Shown here: in pieces, positions 30,218 to 32,000 of the stretch
Layout: each line of letters begins with the position of its first letter
Position numbering within the stretch: the stretch's first letter is position 1
From: an uncultured Oscillospiraceae bacterium
Lineage (GTDB): Bacteria; Bacillota; Clostridia; Oscillospirales; Oscillospiraceae
Length of the DNA stretch: 32,000 nt
NCBI GenBank assembly: GCA_947628185.1
Contig: CANQYW010000001.1
Coordinates: 182,489 to 214,488, forward strand
Reading direction: 5' to 3'
Position numbers and translations under genes: made by a program
The notes under the pieces: generated by a model
Told to the model about the DNA's origin: nothing
The model's input: the letters and a program-made list of their open reading frames with translations, nothing else
The model's database searches: none

Positions 30218-30466
30218 AAAAACCTTCCTCAAATCGTATATCATGACCTCATATAGAGGTTGTAGAATTCATCCCGCTTGCGGTCAAGGACCGTCTTCTG
30301 GTACTTGTGGGCGCGCTCAAAGTTAAGTTTCGCGCTCCGGGCCTGCTCATCTTTCTCCATCATCCGCTTTATGCTCCCGGCGAGCCCATTTATATCGCCG
30401 GCCCTAAAGAGGCAGTCGGAGTGGACGAGCTCGTAGTTCCCGCCCACGTCGCTGGCGATCACGGGG

Positions 30467-30510
30467 CACGCCCGGCTCATGGCCTCCACTATCGAGCGGC
30501 AGAGGCCCTC
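30467..30510 (-). repeat. 44-nt perfect direct repeat, copy 2 (EX7E-coding segment)
   Basis: Identical to 29894-29937; the flanking ~115 nt are also far more similar than the rest of the paralogs. Confidence 0.9.
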
Positions 30511-30777
30511 CTGGTAGCTCGGCTGGACGTAGACGTCCACGGTATCCATCCACTGGGCCACCTGCTCGTGGGGCAGCGCCCCGATGATATGTACCTGGTC
30601 CTCGACACCCATCCGCCTACTCACACTTCTCAAATATTCGCCGGTCCCGATCCCGATGAGGTGATACTCGATGTTCGTGATCCCCTCCCGTTTCAGCCGG
30701 GCGAGGGCCTTTATGACGGTGTCCTGGCCTTTCCAGCGCACATCCAACAGCGCGGCCGTGCCTATGATTAGCTTATA

Positions 30778-30786
30778 CCCCCCCCC
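30778..30786 (-). repeat. Homopolymer tract, G9 on the coding (minus) strand
   Basis: Nine consecutive C on the + strand, counted directly. Confidence 0.95.
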
Positions 30787-31490
30787 GCGATTTTCTTCAG
30801 CCGGTTCTCCAGGATCTCGCTGTCCATATCATCCAGTTCCACATCGGAGCAGCCTATTGAGAGCCCACCGCATGGGTAGCGCTTTTGCAGGGCCTCGTCC
30901 GTCACGTACACGGCGTAGGGCACGTCCTTTAACACGCGGCGGCACTTCAATTCCCTCGGTCCCGCCACCAGCTTGCCCCGCAGGCTGTGGTACCAGAGGC
31001 CCTCCCAGGCGAACCCGGTGACCTCCACCAGGTAGACCTTGCGGTATTTCCGGGCGTACTTCAGGGCCGTACTCGTGTACACGTTGCCGACGGAGCGGAT
31101 GATCACCCGGTCCGCTTTCCTCACTTCCCGCTCTATCGTGCTGTCGATCTGGCGCCGGTACGCCAAGTTCAGGCAGTTCGCCGCCGGACGGTAGATGTCA
31201 GGCAGCGCCACCAGCGCGGAGCGGCGGGCGTCGTAGAAATTGAATCTCTCCGCCGCCTCCTGGGGGTCGTATATCCTCTGTTCACGCCTGAGAATGACCG
31301 TCAAATGGTCGCAATAGCTCCTGTAGCGTTCCCAGATATGCTCGTTGAAGTTGCTGTCGGTGTAGGCGTTCCCCTCCGTGTCGAATTTCCACCGGGACCC
31401 GCCCTGGATGAATAGCAGATTCATGCGGCAATACCTCCGGTAATGGTACTGCGGCATGAAACCGCCTGGGTGTACGGTAAATATACGAAT

Positions 31491-32000
31491 TCAAGTTCGT
31501 ATATTACCCCCCCCCGCCCCGAATTTCTTGGCGGTGTACTTCGTCTGGATCACTTTATATATCCTCCCCGCGTTGTAGGCGAAACGCATACCGAGGTATG
31601 TACACCTCGCCCCGTAAAGATTCTTCGCCCTGAGTTCCGGGGACTTGTCCCGGGCCACCACGTCGCGGTATTTAAGCAGCGAATCCCAGACCTTCTCCAG
31701 GGAGTCCGTGTCCTCCGGCGGGATTTGGATGAACACCTGGTAATTCACCGAGAAGGCCCTGGCGTAGGCGGCATCTTTAAGCGTCTCGTCATAAGCCATG
31801 ATATCCCCGACGACCCTCTCGCCCACCTTGACGCATATGAGTTTCGCCGGGGTGAACTTCATATGCACTATGCTGTCCGCGCGGACACGGTAGGCGTATG
31901 TGCGGCACTCCAGGAGCGCGATTTTTTCCGCGCGCATGAAGGCGCGGTGGGTGGTGGCGGCGTCCTCAAAGAGCCAGCCCGTTGGGAAACGCAGTCCATC
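31491..32000 (-). CDS. GT2 family glycosyltransferase, C-terminal part (partial, 5' end beyond the window)
   Basis: The frame is open to the window edge (...DGLRFPTGWLFEDAATTHRAFMRAEKIALLE...), typical of the region after the GT-A catalytic core. It ends ...KKFGAGGGNIRT*. Confidence 0.65.
   Translation of the reverse strand, partial: DGLRFPTGWLFEDAATTHRAFMRAEKIALLECRTYAYRVRADSIVHMKFTPAKLICVKVGERVVGDIMAYDETLKDAAYARAFSVNYQVFIQIPPEDTDSLEKVWDSLLKYRDVVARDKSPELRAKNLYGARCTYLGMRFAYNAGRIYKVIQTKYTAKKFGAGGGNIRT
31507..31515 (-). repeat. Homopolymer tract, G9 (then C, then G4) on the coding (minus) strand
   Basis: Nine consecutive C on the + strand, followed by G and CCCC, counted directly. Confidence 0.95.

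Larger units (their letters stand above)
30241..31424 (-). pseudogene. GT4 family (GT-B, EX7E) glycosyltransferase, frame interrupted at a G9 tract in the interdomain linker
   Basis: The N-terminal half (31424-30768; ATG 31424 after GGAGG, alternative ATG 31457) ends ...LKKIAGGGIS*. One extra G gives ...KKIAGGGYKLIIGTAALLDVRWKGQDTVIKAL..., continuous with the 30241-30747 ORF (EX7E: EGLCRSIVE). The joined length of about 394 aa is typical for GT4. Confidence 0.75.

Overview
GC-rich (about 60-70% by eye) Firmicutes/Clostridia-like chromosomal segment, probably from a spore-forming Oscillospirales-type anaerobe (taxon is inference only). Bases 1-20272 are ordinary core genes: glcK with two conserved unknowns, a membrane-anchored NodB deacetylase, a SpoVK-type AAA+ ATPase, asnS, an orphan solute-binding lipoprotein, a large nucleotidyltransferase fusion, then gdpP-rplI-dnaB-tilS-hpt-ftsH and an NCS2 nucleobase permease. 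At about 20273 the composition turns AT-richer. An accessory patch follows: a Phd/PIN toxin-antitoxin pair and two tandem small proteins that look like free-standing Spo0A C-terminal DNA-binding domains behind a consensus promoter. From 22105 to the window end, all on the minus strand, lies a Wzx/Wzy-type polysaccharide locus: GT2, GT4, an extra GT4 C-terminal half, wzy, a HAD-like protein, wzx, a nucleoside-hydrolase-like protein, glf and an O-acetyltransferase. The main finding is three G9-G10 homopolymer tracts on the coding strand inside this locus. Two break reading frames (the O-acetyltransferase, and the GT4 exactly at its interdomain linker). The third sits at the GT2 3' end. The broken GT4 is followed by a duplicated free-standing C-terminal half with its own RBS. 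This suggests slipped-strand phase variation of a surface glycan, but homopolymer assembly error must be excluded first. I found no rRNA, tRNA, CRISPR array, transposase or integrase.
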